A DNA stretch of 32,000 nt from Wolbachia endosymbiont of Cimex lectularius (GTDB lineage Bacteria; Pseudomonadota; Alphaproteobacteria; Rickettsiales; Anaplasmataceae): NCBI RefSeq assembly GCF_000829315.1, contig NZ_AP013028.1, positions 1,170,001 to 1,202,000 of the forward strand, read 5' to 3'. Below the pieces are notes generated by a model. That model did no database searches, was not told the origin of the DNA, and saw only the letters and a list, made by a program, of their open reading frames with translations. Position numbers and translations under genes: made by a program. Each line of letters begins with the position of its first letter. Within the stretch, counting starts at the first letter, position 1. This document shows, in pieces, positions 10,302-20,296 of the stretch.

Positions 10302-11573
10302 ATGAAGGTTCTGGTTATAGGTTCTGGTGGGCGTGAGCATGCTTTACTTTGGGCTCTAAAAAAATCTCTTATCTTAACTGGGTTATATATCACTCCTGGC
10401 CGCCGAGCTATGGAAAATCTTGGGATTCTTGTGGATATAAATATCCAAAACTCAATTGATATTACACAATTTTGCAAGAGAGAAAGTATAGAATTAGTTG
10501 TTATTGGCCCAGAGCAACCAATAATCGATGGGCTTGCTGACAACCTAGTTGCAGAGGGAATAAATGTTTTTGCTCCAAGTCGGGCAGCTGCAAAGCTTGA
10601 GGCGTCAAAGTCTTTTACCAAGGGATTATGTAAACAATATGGTATACCAACTGCCAAGTATGAGTGTTTTGTCGATGAGGGATTAGCTAAAAACTTTGTA
10701 TGCAGCAATAAAATAAAATTTCCACTTGTAGTGAAAGCAAATGGAATCGCAGCAGGGAAAGGCGTAATAATATGCAACACAGAAAACGAAGCTTTTTCGG
10801 CGATAGATTCAATGTTGGTAGAGAAAAAATTTGGTGAATCAGGCGAAGAGATAGTCATAGAAGAATTTTTAGTTGGAGAGGAAGTAAGCTTTTTTGCTCT
10901 TGTTGACGGGTTGAAAGTTGCAACTCTTGGATGTGCAAAGGATTATAAAAGAGCTAATGAAAACAATGAAGGTCAAAATACCGGAGGTATGGGGGCATAC
11001 TCATCGCCTTCAATTATAAGTAAGGATATGGAACAAAAGATTATCCAAAGAATAATATATCCGACAATTCAAGCACTGACTAATATGGGAACACCCTATA
11101 AAGGAGTGCTCTTTGCTGGTTTGATGATTTGCAAGGATAGCCCTAAACTTCTTGAGTATAATGTTAGATTCGGTGACCCGGAGATACAATCTCTTTTGCC
11201 TAGATTTGATGAAAATTGTGACTTATTAAAATTAATGTTGTCAGTTGCAGAAGGAAAGTTGAGTGCCAAAACGGTGGAGCTTACTAACAAATCTACAGTT
11301 TGTGTAGTCGTTGCAAGTAAGGGTTATCCAGGTGATTATAAAACGGGAGAAATAATTAGAGGATTGGATAAAATTGAGAGTATTCCCGGTATACTGGTGT
11401 TTCATGCTGGTACTCAGTTGGATGAAAGCGGTAACTTAGTTTCCGCTGGCGGGAGAGTGCTCAATATAATAGGGGAAGGAAGCAGTATAGAAGAAGCTAA
11501 AAGTAAAGTGTACTCGGCACTGAACTTTTTAGAATGGCCAGGGGGTTTCTTTAGATACGATATTGGTAGTTAA
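10302..11573 (+). CDS. purD: Phosphoribosylamine--glycine ligase
   Basis: MKVLVIGSGGREHAL, VVIGPEQP, NEGQNTGGMGAYSP, YNVRFGDPE motifs. Confidence 0.97.
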   Translation: MKVLVIGSGGREHALLWALKKSLILTGLYITPGRRAMENLGILVDINIQNSIDITQFCKRESIELVVIGPEQPIIDGLADNLVAEGINVFAPSRAAAKLEASKSFTKGLCKQYGIPTAKYECFVDEGLAKNFVCSNKIKFPLVVKANGIAAGKGVIICNTENEAFSAIDSMLVEKKFGESGEEIVIEEFLVGEEVSFFALVDGLKVATLGCAKDYKRANENNEGQNTGGMGAYSSPSIISKDMEQKIIQRIIYPTIQALTNMGTPYKGVLFAGLMICKDSPKLLEYNVRFGDPEIQSLLPRFDENCDLLKLMLSVAEGKLSAKTVELTNKSTVCVVVASKGYPGDYKTGEIIRGLDKIESIPGILVFHAGTQLDESGNLVSAGGRVLNIIGEGSSIEEAKSKVYSALNFLEWPGGFFRYDIGS

Positions 11574-11672
11574 CATTAGCTACCTAAGTGTCTGGAATTT
11601 TAAGTCGTCCTTCTTAAAGATATTTTAGTATACTAGATGTATTATTGGGATAATAATAGAACTGGGAGGTTT

Positions 11673-12203
11673 ATGGAAACGTCTGAATTAACTTTACTCG
11701 ACTTGCAAAACTTTCTTGGCAGTTTAAAGAATCATGTGCGCAGTGAAGTAGAAAAATATGTAGATAAAAGAGCAGAGGAAGTTAAAAACGAGGTTGTAAC
11801 ATATATAGTATACAAGGTGTTAAATAACATGTTAGGCAACAAACCGCCAGTTACATCCGAAGTGAATAAATCTGACGAAGTTATACAAGTTGATGACGAT
11901 GGCTTAACGCAAAATGAAGAAGTTATCAAAGCTCTCTTTATAGGGAAAACACTTGTATGGGATCGCCCAAATAGTGGTCAGAAATACGAAGTTAGAGTTG
12001 AGGGAGTGGATAAGTTTGTAGACAACAAAACTGGAAAAGTGATTGAGGCTAAGTCTTTATCCAAAGCATGTATAATACTGGCTGGTGGTGGAAGCTATAA
12101 TGGTTGGGACTGCTTCAAGGTATGCCTTAACCCTGAAGAAGGACTAAGAACTCTGAGCTACCACCGTGCAAAGTTTCTGTCAGCTCAAAATAGTAACGTT
12201 TAA
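11673..12203 (+). CDS. Small protein with a C-terminal RAMA-like domain
   Basis: ATG preceded by GGGAGG. The C-terminal segment GKTLVWDRPNSGQKYEVRVEGVDKFVDNKTGKVIEAKSLSKACIILAGGGSYNGWDCF matches the general RAMA/restriction-adenine-methylase-associated pattern from memory. Confidence 0.6.
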   Translation: METSELTLLDLQNFLGSLKNHVRSEVEKYVDKRAEEVKNEVVTYIVYKVLNNMLGNKPPVTSEVNKSDEVIQVDDDGLTQNEEVIKALFIGKTLVWDRPNSGQKYEVRVEGVDKFVDNKTGKVIEAKSLSKACIILAGGGSYNGWDCFKVCLNPEEGLRTLSYHRAKFLSAQNSNV

Positions 12204-12297
12204 GCTACATATTAAAGCATTTAAAGAGGTCTTAGTTTACTTGCTCCATTATTTTCTTTATTATCAGAAATTGCTTTAAATAATATGGAGGAGCACA

Positions 12298-13860
12298 TTG
12301 TCAGCAATTGCTATTATTGATTTTGGTTCACAGTTTACACAGCTTATAGCAAGACAAATAAGGGAAATGAGCGTTTATTGTGAGATATTCCCAAGCAACA
12401 TCAGTTTTGAAACAATATCGAAGTTCAACGGATTTATTTTCTCTGGAGGACCACAATCCGTAAATGACAGTTGTACTGAGGCAAGTGAAGTAGTGCATGA
12501 AATTATAAAACTTAATGAGGCAACAAACGTTCCTATACTTGGGATATGCTACGGACAGCAACTCATTTGTCATTATTTTGGGGCAAAAGTAAAAAAGGAA
12601 TTCAAACAAGAATTTGGTAGAACTAAGATCAAAATACTAGAAGAGTCTCCCATTATAAAGGATACGTGGGAAGTCAATTCCGAAGTGGATGTGCTGATGA
12701 ATCACGCAGACAGTGTTGAAACTATACCGCAGGGATTTACTGTTATTGCATCGGGTGTGATAAATCAAACAATCGCAATAATTGCCAACGAGCAGCGGAG
12801 GATTTACTGTACTCAATTTCATCCTGAAGTGAGGCCCACAACAAATGGCAGCAAATTGCTCTCTAATTTCTTGGATATTGCAAATTGTGAAAGAGACTGG
12901 ACAATGAAGTCACTTGTTGAAAAGCAGAAGGAAAAAATCAAAAACTTGGTAGGGAAGAGAAAGGTAATTGCCGCAGTAAGTGGTGGTGTTGATTCAAGTG
13001 TTGCAGCAACTCTCACATATAAAGCTATAGGAAAACAATTGAACTGTATTTTTATCGACACTGGGTTATTACGCAAAGACCAAACTATTGCTATGTTGCA
13101 AGAGATTCCGATAAACTACATTGACAGATCAAACTTATTTTTGAGTAGGTTAAAGGGAATAACTGATCCGGAAGAAAAGCGAAAGATTATCGGCAATACT
13201 TTCATTGAAGTGTTTGAAGAAGAGGCGAAAAAAATAGGTGATGTGGATTTTTTAATGCAAGGCACCATCTACTCCGATGTAGTTGAGTCAGGGCACGCTT
13301 CGAGAAATACTAGTACAATTAAATCTCATCACAATGTTGGTGGATTGCCGGAAAAGATGAATCTGAAGCTAGTAGAACCTTTACGCTACCTCTTTAAAGA
13401 TGAAGTAAGGCTGCTTGGAAAAGAAATTGGTCTTTCAGACGAGATAATATTTCAACATCCGTTTCCTGGACCTGGACTTGCAGTGAGAATCATAGGTGAA
13501 GTGGATGAAGAAAAGGTGCGAATATTGCAAGAGGTAGATGAAATATATATCAATACAATGAAAAATTACGATCTGTATGATAAGATATGGCAGGCTTTTG
13601 CTGTACTGTTACCAATAAAAACTGTGGGGGTTATGGGAGATAACCGCACATATGGATATGTTTGTGCTTTGAGAGCTGTAACATCGTCTGACGGTATGAC
13701 GGCTGATGCATTTCCGTTTGAGAATAAGAATCAACATTCATTAGTATTTTGGGATTTTCTGCAGAACGTTAGTAGCATAATCGTTAACAACGTTTCCAGA
13801 GTAAATAGAGTTGTATATGACTTAACTTCCAAACCACCAGCAACTATTGAGTGGGAGTAA
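12298..13860 (+). CDS. guaA: GMP synthase (glutamine-hydrolysing), probable TTG start with GGAGG upstream
   Basis: [10 protein letters not shown] class I GATase-like [30 protein letters not shown]-loop, C-terminal [13 protein letters not shown]. Confidence 0.98.
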   Translation: MSAIAIIDFGSQFTQLIARQIREMSVYCEIFPSNISFETISKFNGFIFSGGPQSVNDSCTEASEVVHEIIKLNEATNVPILGICYGQQLICHYFGAKVKKEFKQEFGRTKIKILEESPIIKDTWEVNSEVDVLMNHADSVETIPQGFTVIASGVINQTIAIIANEQRRIYCTQFHPEVRPTTNGSKLLSNFLDIANCERDWTMKSLVEKQKEKIKNLVGKRKVIAAVSGGVDSSVAATLTYKAIGKQLNCIFIDTGLLRKDQTIAMLQEIPINYIDRSNLFLSRLKGITDPEEKRKIIGNTFIEVFEEEAKKIGDVDFLMQGTIYSDVVESGHASRNTSTIKSHHNVGGLPEKMNLKLVEPLRYLFKDEVRLLGKEIGLSDEIIFQHPFPGPGLAVRIIGEVDEEKVRILQEVDEIYINTMKNYDLYDKIWQAFAVLLPIKTVGVMGDNRTYGYVCALRAVTSSDGMTADAFPFENKNQHSLVFWDFLQNVSSIIVNNVSRVNRVVYDLTSKPPATIEWE

Positions 13861-13867
13861 TCATGAG

Positions 13868-13889
13868 CCAGTGCTCCGACACTGGTTTT
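13868..13889 (+). terminator. Possible terminator after guaA
   Basis: ccagtg-ctccga-cactgg perfect 6-bp stem followed by TTTT. Confidence 0.4.
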
Positions 13890-13915
13890 CTAAGCCACAA
13901 GAGCCATAAAAACTA

Positions 13916-13990
13916 CTGACAAATTCTTTCAGTTCCCTTATCATAGTATTGAGGCTATTTATCTTCGCAATCTCTGCAGTGGATTGTATA
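13916..13990 (+). repeat. Dispersed repeat family, copy D (5' end only)
   Basis: CTGACA-N17-TATCAT, then gaggctatttatcttcgcaatctctgcag matching the head of copy A. Confidence 0.75.
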
Positions 13991-14076
13991 GTCTAGTTTT
14001 CTGCTAGTTTTATTATTATAAAATTAATATCTCTAACCTTATAATTTTATTAGTTAATAGGTTTAGAGGTAAAAAA

Positions 14077-14907
14077 ATGAATACTACAGTAGAAAAAAAT
14101 AATCCAAAAATTTTTCCTAAAAATGAACACTCAAAAGGCATAGTTGCCCCACCTGTTCCTCCGAAGTCTCACTAAACCAAATTTGCAAGAATAAAAGCAA
14201 TTTTTGAGCAAAATGCGTCTCATTTTCAAGTAAATGATAGTAATACAGTGAGTAGCAATCTTGGGAAAACATTTGGTCCGACAATGCGAAAACTTATGGA
14301 AGATGGCGATATTAACATTCATGTAAGCGCTAGCACTCCCAGCAAACAACGCCGCAACTCGGGGGATAGTGGTGTATCTTCATGCAGTGATGTTAGTGGT
14401 CGCACTTCTGATGATGAAGATAGAGTGATAGAAGAGAAAATGAAAGATACGTTTCCAAAACTACCAGCATGTGCATATAAGCTGGCGCTGTTTCCAAAAC
14501 CATCAAAAGAGAAAATAAACGAACTTCTAAGCAAAAATAGCTACAAAGCTTTAACTTCTACACCAGCTCAAAGTATTAGTAGAAAAAGCACTCCTATTTG
14601 GAGTCCACTTAACCATAATACAGTTTGCATAGGTAAGAAGCCATTCAATTTGGAGAATAGTATGTCAAGTAGTTCGTCTTCGTGTAGTGAAAAAAGCAAT
14701 ATTTCAGATATAAGCGATAAGTCTAATAATTCTAACATTGTCAGATGTAATATTACTAGGAGTAACACTAAATAAGACCTTCGTAAACCTGATGCTTCAT
14801 ATAAACAGGATCCTTCATCAGGAGTTTCTGAAGTGAACGTGGATTATATAAGAAATAGAGTAAAGAAATTAATTGATCAATTTGAACAGAGTGGCCGTAG
14901 CTGCTAA
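14077..14907 (+). pseudogene. Serine-rich, SH3-ligand-containing protein interrupted by two in-frame TAA codons
   Basis: One reading frame spans MNTTVEKNNPKIF...VAPPVPPKSH[TAA]TKFARIKAIFEQNAS...NITRSNTK[TAA]DLRKPDASYKQDPSSGVSEVNVDYIRNRVKKLIDQFEQSGRSC[TAA]. The supplied ORF 14248..14775 is only its middle part. Confidence 0.75.
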
Positions 14908-14914
14908 GTGTTTT

Positions 14915-14941
14915 CCCTGCCTTTGTACCCCAAAGGCAGGG
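14915..14941. terminator. Strong hairpin, candidate bidirectional terminator between convergent genes
   Basis: ccctgcctttg-taccc-caaaggcaggg, perfect 11-bp stem with 5-nt loop; no long T-run follows. Confidence 0.55.
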
Positions 14942-14947
14942 CTGTTC

Positions 14948-16185
14948 TTAAAATAGCATGTTCCTTACTTGCTTCACAGCATTACTAGCCTTTGATTTTT
15001 CGTCTGTGAAAGCAGCATTAAGAGAGATTTTGAGTCTTTCCCATTCTTCTTGGCCATTCGTGCGAGCTGGAATTAAAGATTTATATTCATTTTCAATTTT
15101 TTCTAGTGCCTTCTGATATGAAGAACCTAGTTCCTCATACGTATCAATATCTACCGATCGTAGTATTACCAAAAATGAAAACAGATTTGGAGCGGGTAAT
15201 TCTTCCTTTGTGTAATTCAAAAGACATAGTTCTATTTTTTTCACACAGTATTTTATTGTTTCTAACGATAGTGAAAGACTTTCTGCATAGAATATAAAAC
15301 TATCTATAATTGAGCTTTTTGATTTTTTCGGTAGTTTGATATTTTGAAACAATGCTTTTGTAAATTTCTTTATCGATTGTTTTGGCAAATGTAAGGAGAG
15401 ATCAGTAAAAGACTTTAAGTCAAAATTTGATCCAAGTACTGTGCTAATAGCTTTATATACGTTACTCTTATCTCTACTGACAGAAATGACAAAAACGAGC
15501 CCCTCTATATCAAGCATATATTTTATAGATTCCAAAAAATTAACAATACAATTAGGACGGCATATATCAAGATCATCCACCATTATATAGATATTTTTGC
15601 CTTTTCTGATTCTATTAATTAATCTTGTTAATTGTGCTTTAAAATCCTTAATATTTTCTTTTCTTTTTTGGAGGATATTTAACTCTCTCAATATACAATC
15701 AATATCTTTTTTGTCAGCCTCTTTTGCAGCATCAAGAAATACAGAAAGCATAGCAAGTGGGGATTTACTAATGAGCTTCCCTAGTGTATTGAATGAAAAC
15801 AGTTCCTGGTTTACGTTCTTGAACCGTTGTATAACGCTCTTTTTTATTTCATAAGATGCTAATAAATCTTCAAATAGAGAATTTAAAAAAGAGGGCAGTG
15901 ATAAGCCCAATGCACTGATATCCCATGCGCTATAATAAGCTGCAATTTCGTTTTGTTGCTTTAACTCTTTTACCCACTCTTTCAGAAAAACGTCTTGCCC
16001 CATCCGTCATATCCTTCTAAAGATATCATTGTAAAAGACTGATCGATTGTTTTAACTATAGTGCTGAACTTGCCTGAAAATTGCTTGTAGTTTAGGAGGT
16101 CATTTTCCCAAGCTACCACTTTAGATGGCGACACTGCTTCTTTTTTTCTGAAGGTTATTAGCGATATAAGTTTTCTTAAGCACAT
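14948..16185 (-). pseudogene. KAP-family P-loop NTPase, frameshifted
   Basis: ORF 15982..16185 ends at Walker A SLEGYDGWGKTFF*. ORF 14948..16003 continues as FLKEWVKELKQQ... with Walker B IYIMVDDLDICRPNCIVNFLESIKYMLDIEGLVFVIS, a typical KAP arrangement. One extra T in the coding-strand T5 run would rejoin them. Confidence 0.8.
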
Positions 16186-16188
16186 ACC

Positions 16189-16794
16189 TTATTTTATGTT
16201 CAATTCGTATTCTTGTCTTGAGGTAAGAGCTGCTTTTAGCGTTCCTTCATCTAGGTAGTCAATTTCTCCACCCATTGGTATGCCGCAAGCGAGGCGTGAT
16301 ATTTTCACATCTAAGTTTTTTAGTAATTCAATTATATACTGTACAGTAACTTGACCCTCTAATGTTGGATTAATTGCGATAATGATCTCTTCAATTTTAT
16401 ACTCTGCGACTCTTTTAGGGATAGTACCAAGGTTAAGTTCTTTTGGACCTACACCGTTTATTGCAGACAACTTACCACCTAAAACGTGGTACATACCTGA
16501 ATATATACTACCTTTCTCAAACGCCCATAAATCACCTAATTCTTCTACTATGCACATTAACTTGTTGTCACGTTTTGGATCAGTACAAATAGAACAAGGT
16601 GATTTAGCATCAAGATTTCCGCAAACTTTACACTCTATTATAAGGTCCGCTAGCTCTTTGATTAAAGATGCAAGTGGTAGCATAACTTTCTCCTTATTTT
16701 GTAGTAAATGTATGGCTAACCTTCTTGATGATGATGGCCCTAAACTTGGCAATTTAGAAAAAGCATGAACTAAATTTTTTATTTTAATGTTCAT
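16189..16794 (-). CDS. recR: Recombination protein RecR
   Basis: [17 protein letters not shown], zinc finger [22 protein letters not shown], Toprim-like CIVEE...[10 protein letters not shown]. Confidence 0.96.
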   Translation of the reverse strand: MNIKIKNLVHAFSKLPSLGPSSSRRLAIHLLQNKEKVMLPLASLIKELADLIIECKVCGNLDAKSPCSICTDPKRDNKLMCIVEELGDLWAFEKGSIYSGMYHVLGGKLSAINGVGPKELNLGTIPKRVAEYKIEEIIIAINPTLEGQVTVQYIIELLKNLDVKISRLACGIPMGGEIDYLDEGTLKAALTSRQEYELNIK

Positions 16795-16983
16795 TCAATA
16801 AATTCAGAATAGGCCATCAAAATAGTAACATCAAACCCTTTATATAGGAAGTAGTAAATTTCTCTCATCTCACTTTAGGTTAGCTATAAAAGAAATTTTT
16901 TACTCTATGAGGATTTATAGATAACATTTACTAGATTTTAACTTTTAGGTCTATATTTTAATAAATATTGGGTAATAATTAAT

Positions 16984-17274
16984 ATGGATGATCCATTTAA
17001 GAGTGGCAATTATAACAAGAATCTCAGTTCTTTGATACAAGTTATAAAGCTGAAAGATACAAAAAAAATTGATAAACAATATAATGAAACGGTAAGAGAT
17101 TTCTCTCAAGCTCTGAAGGATTTTACAAACAAAGCAGAAGATGTAGCTAGGTTTGTTATATATACTGACTTGAATAATTATGTAGAACCGGTGGATAAAA
17201 AGCCATTAGGCCTTTTTGGAGCATTAAAGAGAATATGGCTAGGGAAAGATGTTCCGGTTAAGAATGACAACATA
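16984..17274 (+). pseudogene. 5' part of a Lys/Pro/Gln-rich protein gene interrupted by an IS
   Basis: ORF 16984..17313 reads into the IS left end. The natural partner lies beyond the IS (18138..18689). Confidence 0.75.
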
Positions 17275-17331
17275 AGAACCTGTTTAAAATCTTGGAAATG
17301 TGAGGTAAAGTAAGCATAGATTAATAATGAG

Positions 17332-17652
17332 GTGTCTATGCAGAAAAGTTATCCAAGTAATATAAGTCAAGAGCAGTTTGAAAAAATCAGGCCAATTTTG
17401 GAGAGTAGCAAGCAGAAAACAAAACCAAGAAAACTTGATTTGTATGACGTATTTTGTGGGGTGTTGTACGTCTTAAAAAGTGGTTGTCAGTGGAGGATGT
17501 TACCAAAGGGTTTTCCAAGATGGGAAAGCGTATATTACTATTTTCGAGTGTGGAGTAAAAAGAATGGAGAAGAGCCAAGCTTGTTGGAATTAGTCTTAAA
17601 AAAAATTAGTTGGAGAGGTCCGTATCAGCAATGGTCGGAAAGAGAAAACTAG
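17332..17652 (+). pseudogene. Transposase ORF A fragment (IS5 family)
   Basis: SQEQFEKIRPIL...KLDLYDVFCGVLYVLKSGCQWRMLPKGFPRWESVYYYFRVW is typical of IS5-family N-terminal domains. The frame is lost at the A8 run 17598..17605. Confidence 0.85.
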
Positions 17653-17663
17653 CTTTTGTATAA

Positions 17664-18128
17664 TTGATTCTCAAAGCGTTAAAAACGCAGATACTGCTGA
17701 AAAAAAAAGGCTATGATGCAGGTAAAAAGATTTCAGGGATAAAGCGCCATATTGCAGTTGATACACAAGGTTTGCCACATGCAATTTATGTAACAACGGC
17801 AGAAGCAACTGACCGTAGCAGTGCTGTGAAAATGGTCGAAAATGCTAAAGCAAACCTCTCTGAAGTTAAAAACATACTGGTTGATGCTGGCTACACAGGA
17901 GAAAATTTTGCAACACAAATAAAAGCTATCATTGGTGCGACTGTTGAAGTAATAAAGCGAAGTGAGTTACACACTTTCGTCGTATTGCCAAAAAGATGGG
18001 TTGTTGAACGCTCTTTTGCCTGGTTAGAAAAGTGCAGGCGATTGTGGAAAAATTGCGAGCGGAAGCTCAACACTAGCTTACAGATGATAGTCCTCTCCTT
18101 CATTTCTCTCCTGTTACGAAGATTTTAA
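17664..18128 (+). pseudogene. Transposase ORF B fragment (DDE domain)
   Basis: KKGYDAGKKISGIKRHIAVDTQGLPHAIYVTTAEATDR...LVDAGYTGENFA...VLPKRWVVERSFAWLEKCRRLWKNCE; the frame enters at the A9 run 17700..17708. Confidence 0.88.
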
Positions 18129-18137
18129 ACAGGTTCT

Positions 18138-18689
18138 AAGGAACATATAGAAGCAAAAAGAGCAAATAAACAGCAGCAACAATCTAAACCTACAATACTT
18201 CCAAAGCCTAAAAGTGCTGATCAACAAGTGAGCATGAAATCAAGGATAGTAGGAATGACTCCAAAAAAATCAGCTGAAGGTAAACCTACAGTACCGCTAA
18301 AATCTGAGAGTCAAGGCCGTAGGCAATCAGCACAAAAAGTTGCTGATAAAGCAGCACCAGCAGTAAAAGTGGTTGCTATGAAAGAAGAAGTAAATAGCAA
18401 GAAGGACGGCAGAGTAAAGTCGATGGTAGGAAAAATTGAGCAAGATCAAACTGCTGCAAGCAAAACCACTCCAGTGGCACAAGCAGATATCGGTGTGAAG
18501 AAAGATCCTGCACCATCGCCAAAAGCTGCCTCCCAATCTCACTCATTTCCAGCGGGAAATGAAAGATCTGAAATGAACCCCATAACAGCAAAGTCCGATC
18601 CTAAGCCTCCAGCTAGTAAAAAGCCCCTTCTCACGCATGTTAGCGTAAAGGAAATAACTGCACGATTTGAAAGTCATGGAAAGAAATAA
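18138..18689 (+). pseudogene. 3' part of the IS-interrupted Lys/Pro-rich protein gene
   Basis: The open frame begins immediately after the IS (KEHIEAKRANKQQQQSKPTILPKPKSADQQVSMKSRIVG...) and ends THVSVKEITARFESHGKK. Confidence 0.7.
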
Positions 18690-18812
18690 CCATAGATCTC
18701 TTGCATTATGGTGAGAAATTTTTAGGAGTAACGCAACCGCAGAATACTTGCAGTATTTGAGGAGCAGAAGCAAGTTTTGACGCAAAATCAGAAAGCGGAT
18801 TATGTAGGAGAT

Positions 18813-19931
18813 CTATTGAATAAACCCTATAATATCCTTTATTTCTTTTATGTTGTGGTTTGCAATCTCTGCTGCTTTTTCTGTACCTTTCTTTAACATT
18901 TCATGTAAATGGGACTGGTCCTTTAAGAGGTCTCTCATTTTCTCACGTATAGGTGATACAACACTGATAATTAAATCAGCCAACTCTTTTTTAAAGTGCC
19001 TCATATCGTGCTTGTTCATCTCTTCACATACTCTTTCTACATCCAAACTACTCAGCACTGAATAAATGTTTATCAAGTTACTTACTTCCGGACGACACTT
19101 TAAAGTAGGAAAATAAAAGCCTAGCATTGAGTCTGTCTTCGCTTTTTCTATTTTTTTAGCAATGAAATCATCTGTGTCGTCAAGGCTAATGCGTGAGTAT
19201 TCTGAAGGATCAGATTTACTCATTTTGCTTGTGCCATCTCTTAAGCTCATTATTCTTGATGCGTGGTCCAAAACTAGGATTTCAGGCACAACGAAATAAT
19301 TTAGTTTATAGTGATTGTTGAAAGTGAGTGCGACATCGCGTGTGAGCTCCAAATGCTGCTTTTGATCATCACCAACAGGAACGTATTTAGTTTTATATAG
19401 CAGTATATCTGCAGCCATAAGCACTGGGTAACTATATAGCCCTAAAGAGGCTTTTTGTTTATCGCTACCGGCTTTATCTTTGAATTGAGTCATGCGACTG
19501 AGCCAACCAACTGGTGTATAGCACCCAAGTAGCCAACCGAGTTCTGCATGACCGCTGACTGTGGACTGACTAAAAATAATGGACTTTTCTGGATCTATTC
19601 CGCACGCAATGTAAGCTGCTGCTGTCTTAAGAATATTACTTTTTAATTCGCTGGCAGGAAGTTTATTAGCTGTGATTGCATGCAAGTCAACAATACAGAA
19701 AAGAGATTCATATTTGTTCTGTAAGTCTATCCACTGCTTGATTGCACCAAGATAATTACCTAAGTGCAGTATGCCACTTGGTTGAATGCCTGAAAAGACA
19801 ATGGAATCTTTCAAAGCTTGATTTCCGATGATAGTTTTGCTCTGCTTTTTAAACGCACTCGAGTATTCTGTGATGCGTTTCTCCTCTTCGTTATTATAAC
19901 AACCAGATGTCATTCTAGTGCCCCGACACAC
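18813..19931 (-). CDS. trpS: Tryptophanyl-tRNA synthetase; the N-terminal ~45 aa of the ORF are probably not translated
   Basis: SGIQPSGILHLGNYLGAI, HIGH-like and KMSKSDPS motifs. Confidence 0.96.
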   Translation of the reverse strand: MCRGTRMTSGCYNNEEEKRITEYSSAFKKQSKTIIGNQALKDSIVFSGIQPSGILHLGNYLGAIKQWIDLQNKYESLFCIVDLHAITANKLPASELKSNILKTAAAYIACGIDPEKSIIFSQSTVSGHAELGWLLGCYTPVGWLSRMTQFKDKAGSDKQKASLGLYSYPVLMAADILLYKTKYVPVGDDQKQHLELTRDVALTFNNHYKLNYFVVPEILVLDHASRIMSLRDGTSKMSKSDPSEYSRISLDDTDDFIAKKIEKAKTDSMLGFYFPTLKCRPEVSNLINIYSVLSSLDVERVCEEMNKHDMRHFKKELADLIISVVSPIREKMRDLLKDQSHLHEMLKKGTEKAAEIANHNIKEIKDIIGFIQ

Positions 19932-20206
19932 AACTGTACGAACATTGTGATTTTGAGCCTGAGGGTGTCATCCAAGTAGCTGACACTGGGATCCAGGAAT
20001 TTTACTAAGTTGATGAGCATAAAAATAGCTGTTTTATGTTAAGACACAACGTTTTTAATGGGATTGCGTGCGGACTGGGTTCCAGTGTCAAGCGCTGGAA
20101 TGACACCTTTATGTTTGAGGCAAAATCCTCTATAACATTTAACACACTGTTTTTGGAACAAATGTTCGCACAGTTATGTGCTCCGACATCTATTTTCTTT
20201 TTCTGG

Positions 20207-20229
20207 ATTCCAGCGTCACGCGCTGGAAT
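20207..20229. repeat. Palindromic intergenic repeat
   Basis: attccagcg-tcacg-cgctggaat, same core as 504..532. Confidence 0.85.
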
Positions 20230-20296
20230 GACACCAAACTGGGCTATTGATTTTCTACTTAAATAATAGTTATAAGGAAAGTCCAACCTTTGATAT

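Larger units (their letters stand above)
17275..18137 (+). mobile_element. IS5-like insertion sequence (~861-863 bp)
   Basis: Terminal inverted repeats gaacctgtttaaaatctt / aagattttaaacaggttc, flanked by TAA on both sides (17273..17275 and 18137..18139); encodes a two-ORF transposase; second end copy at window 1..50. Confidence 0.92.
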
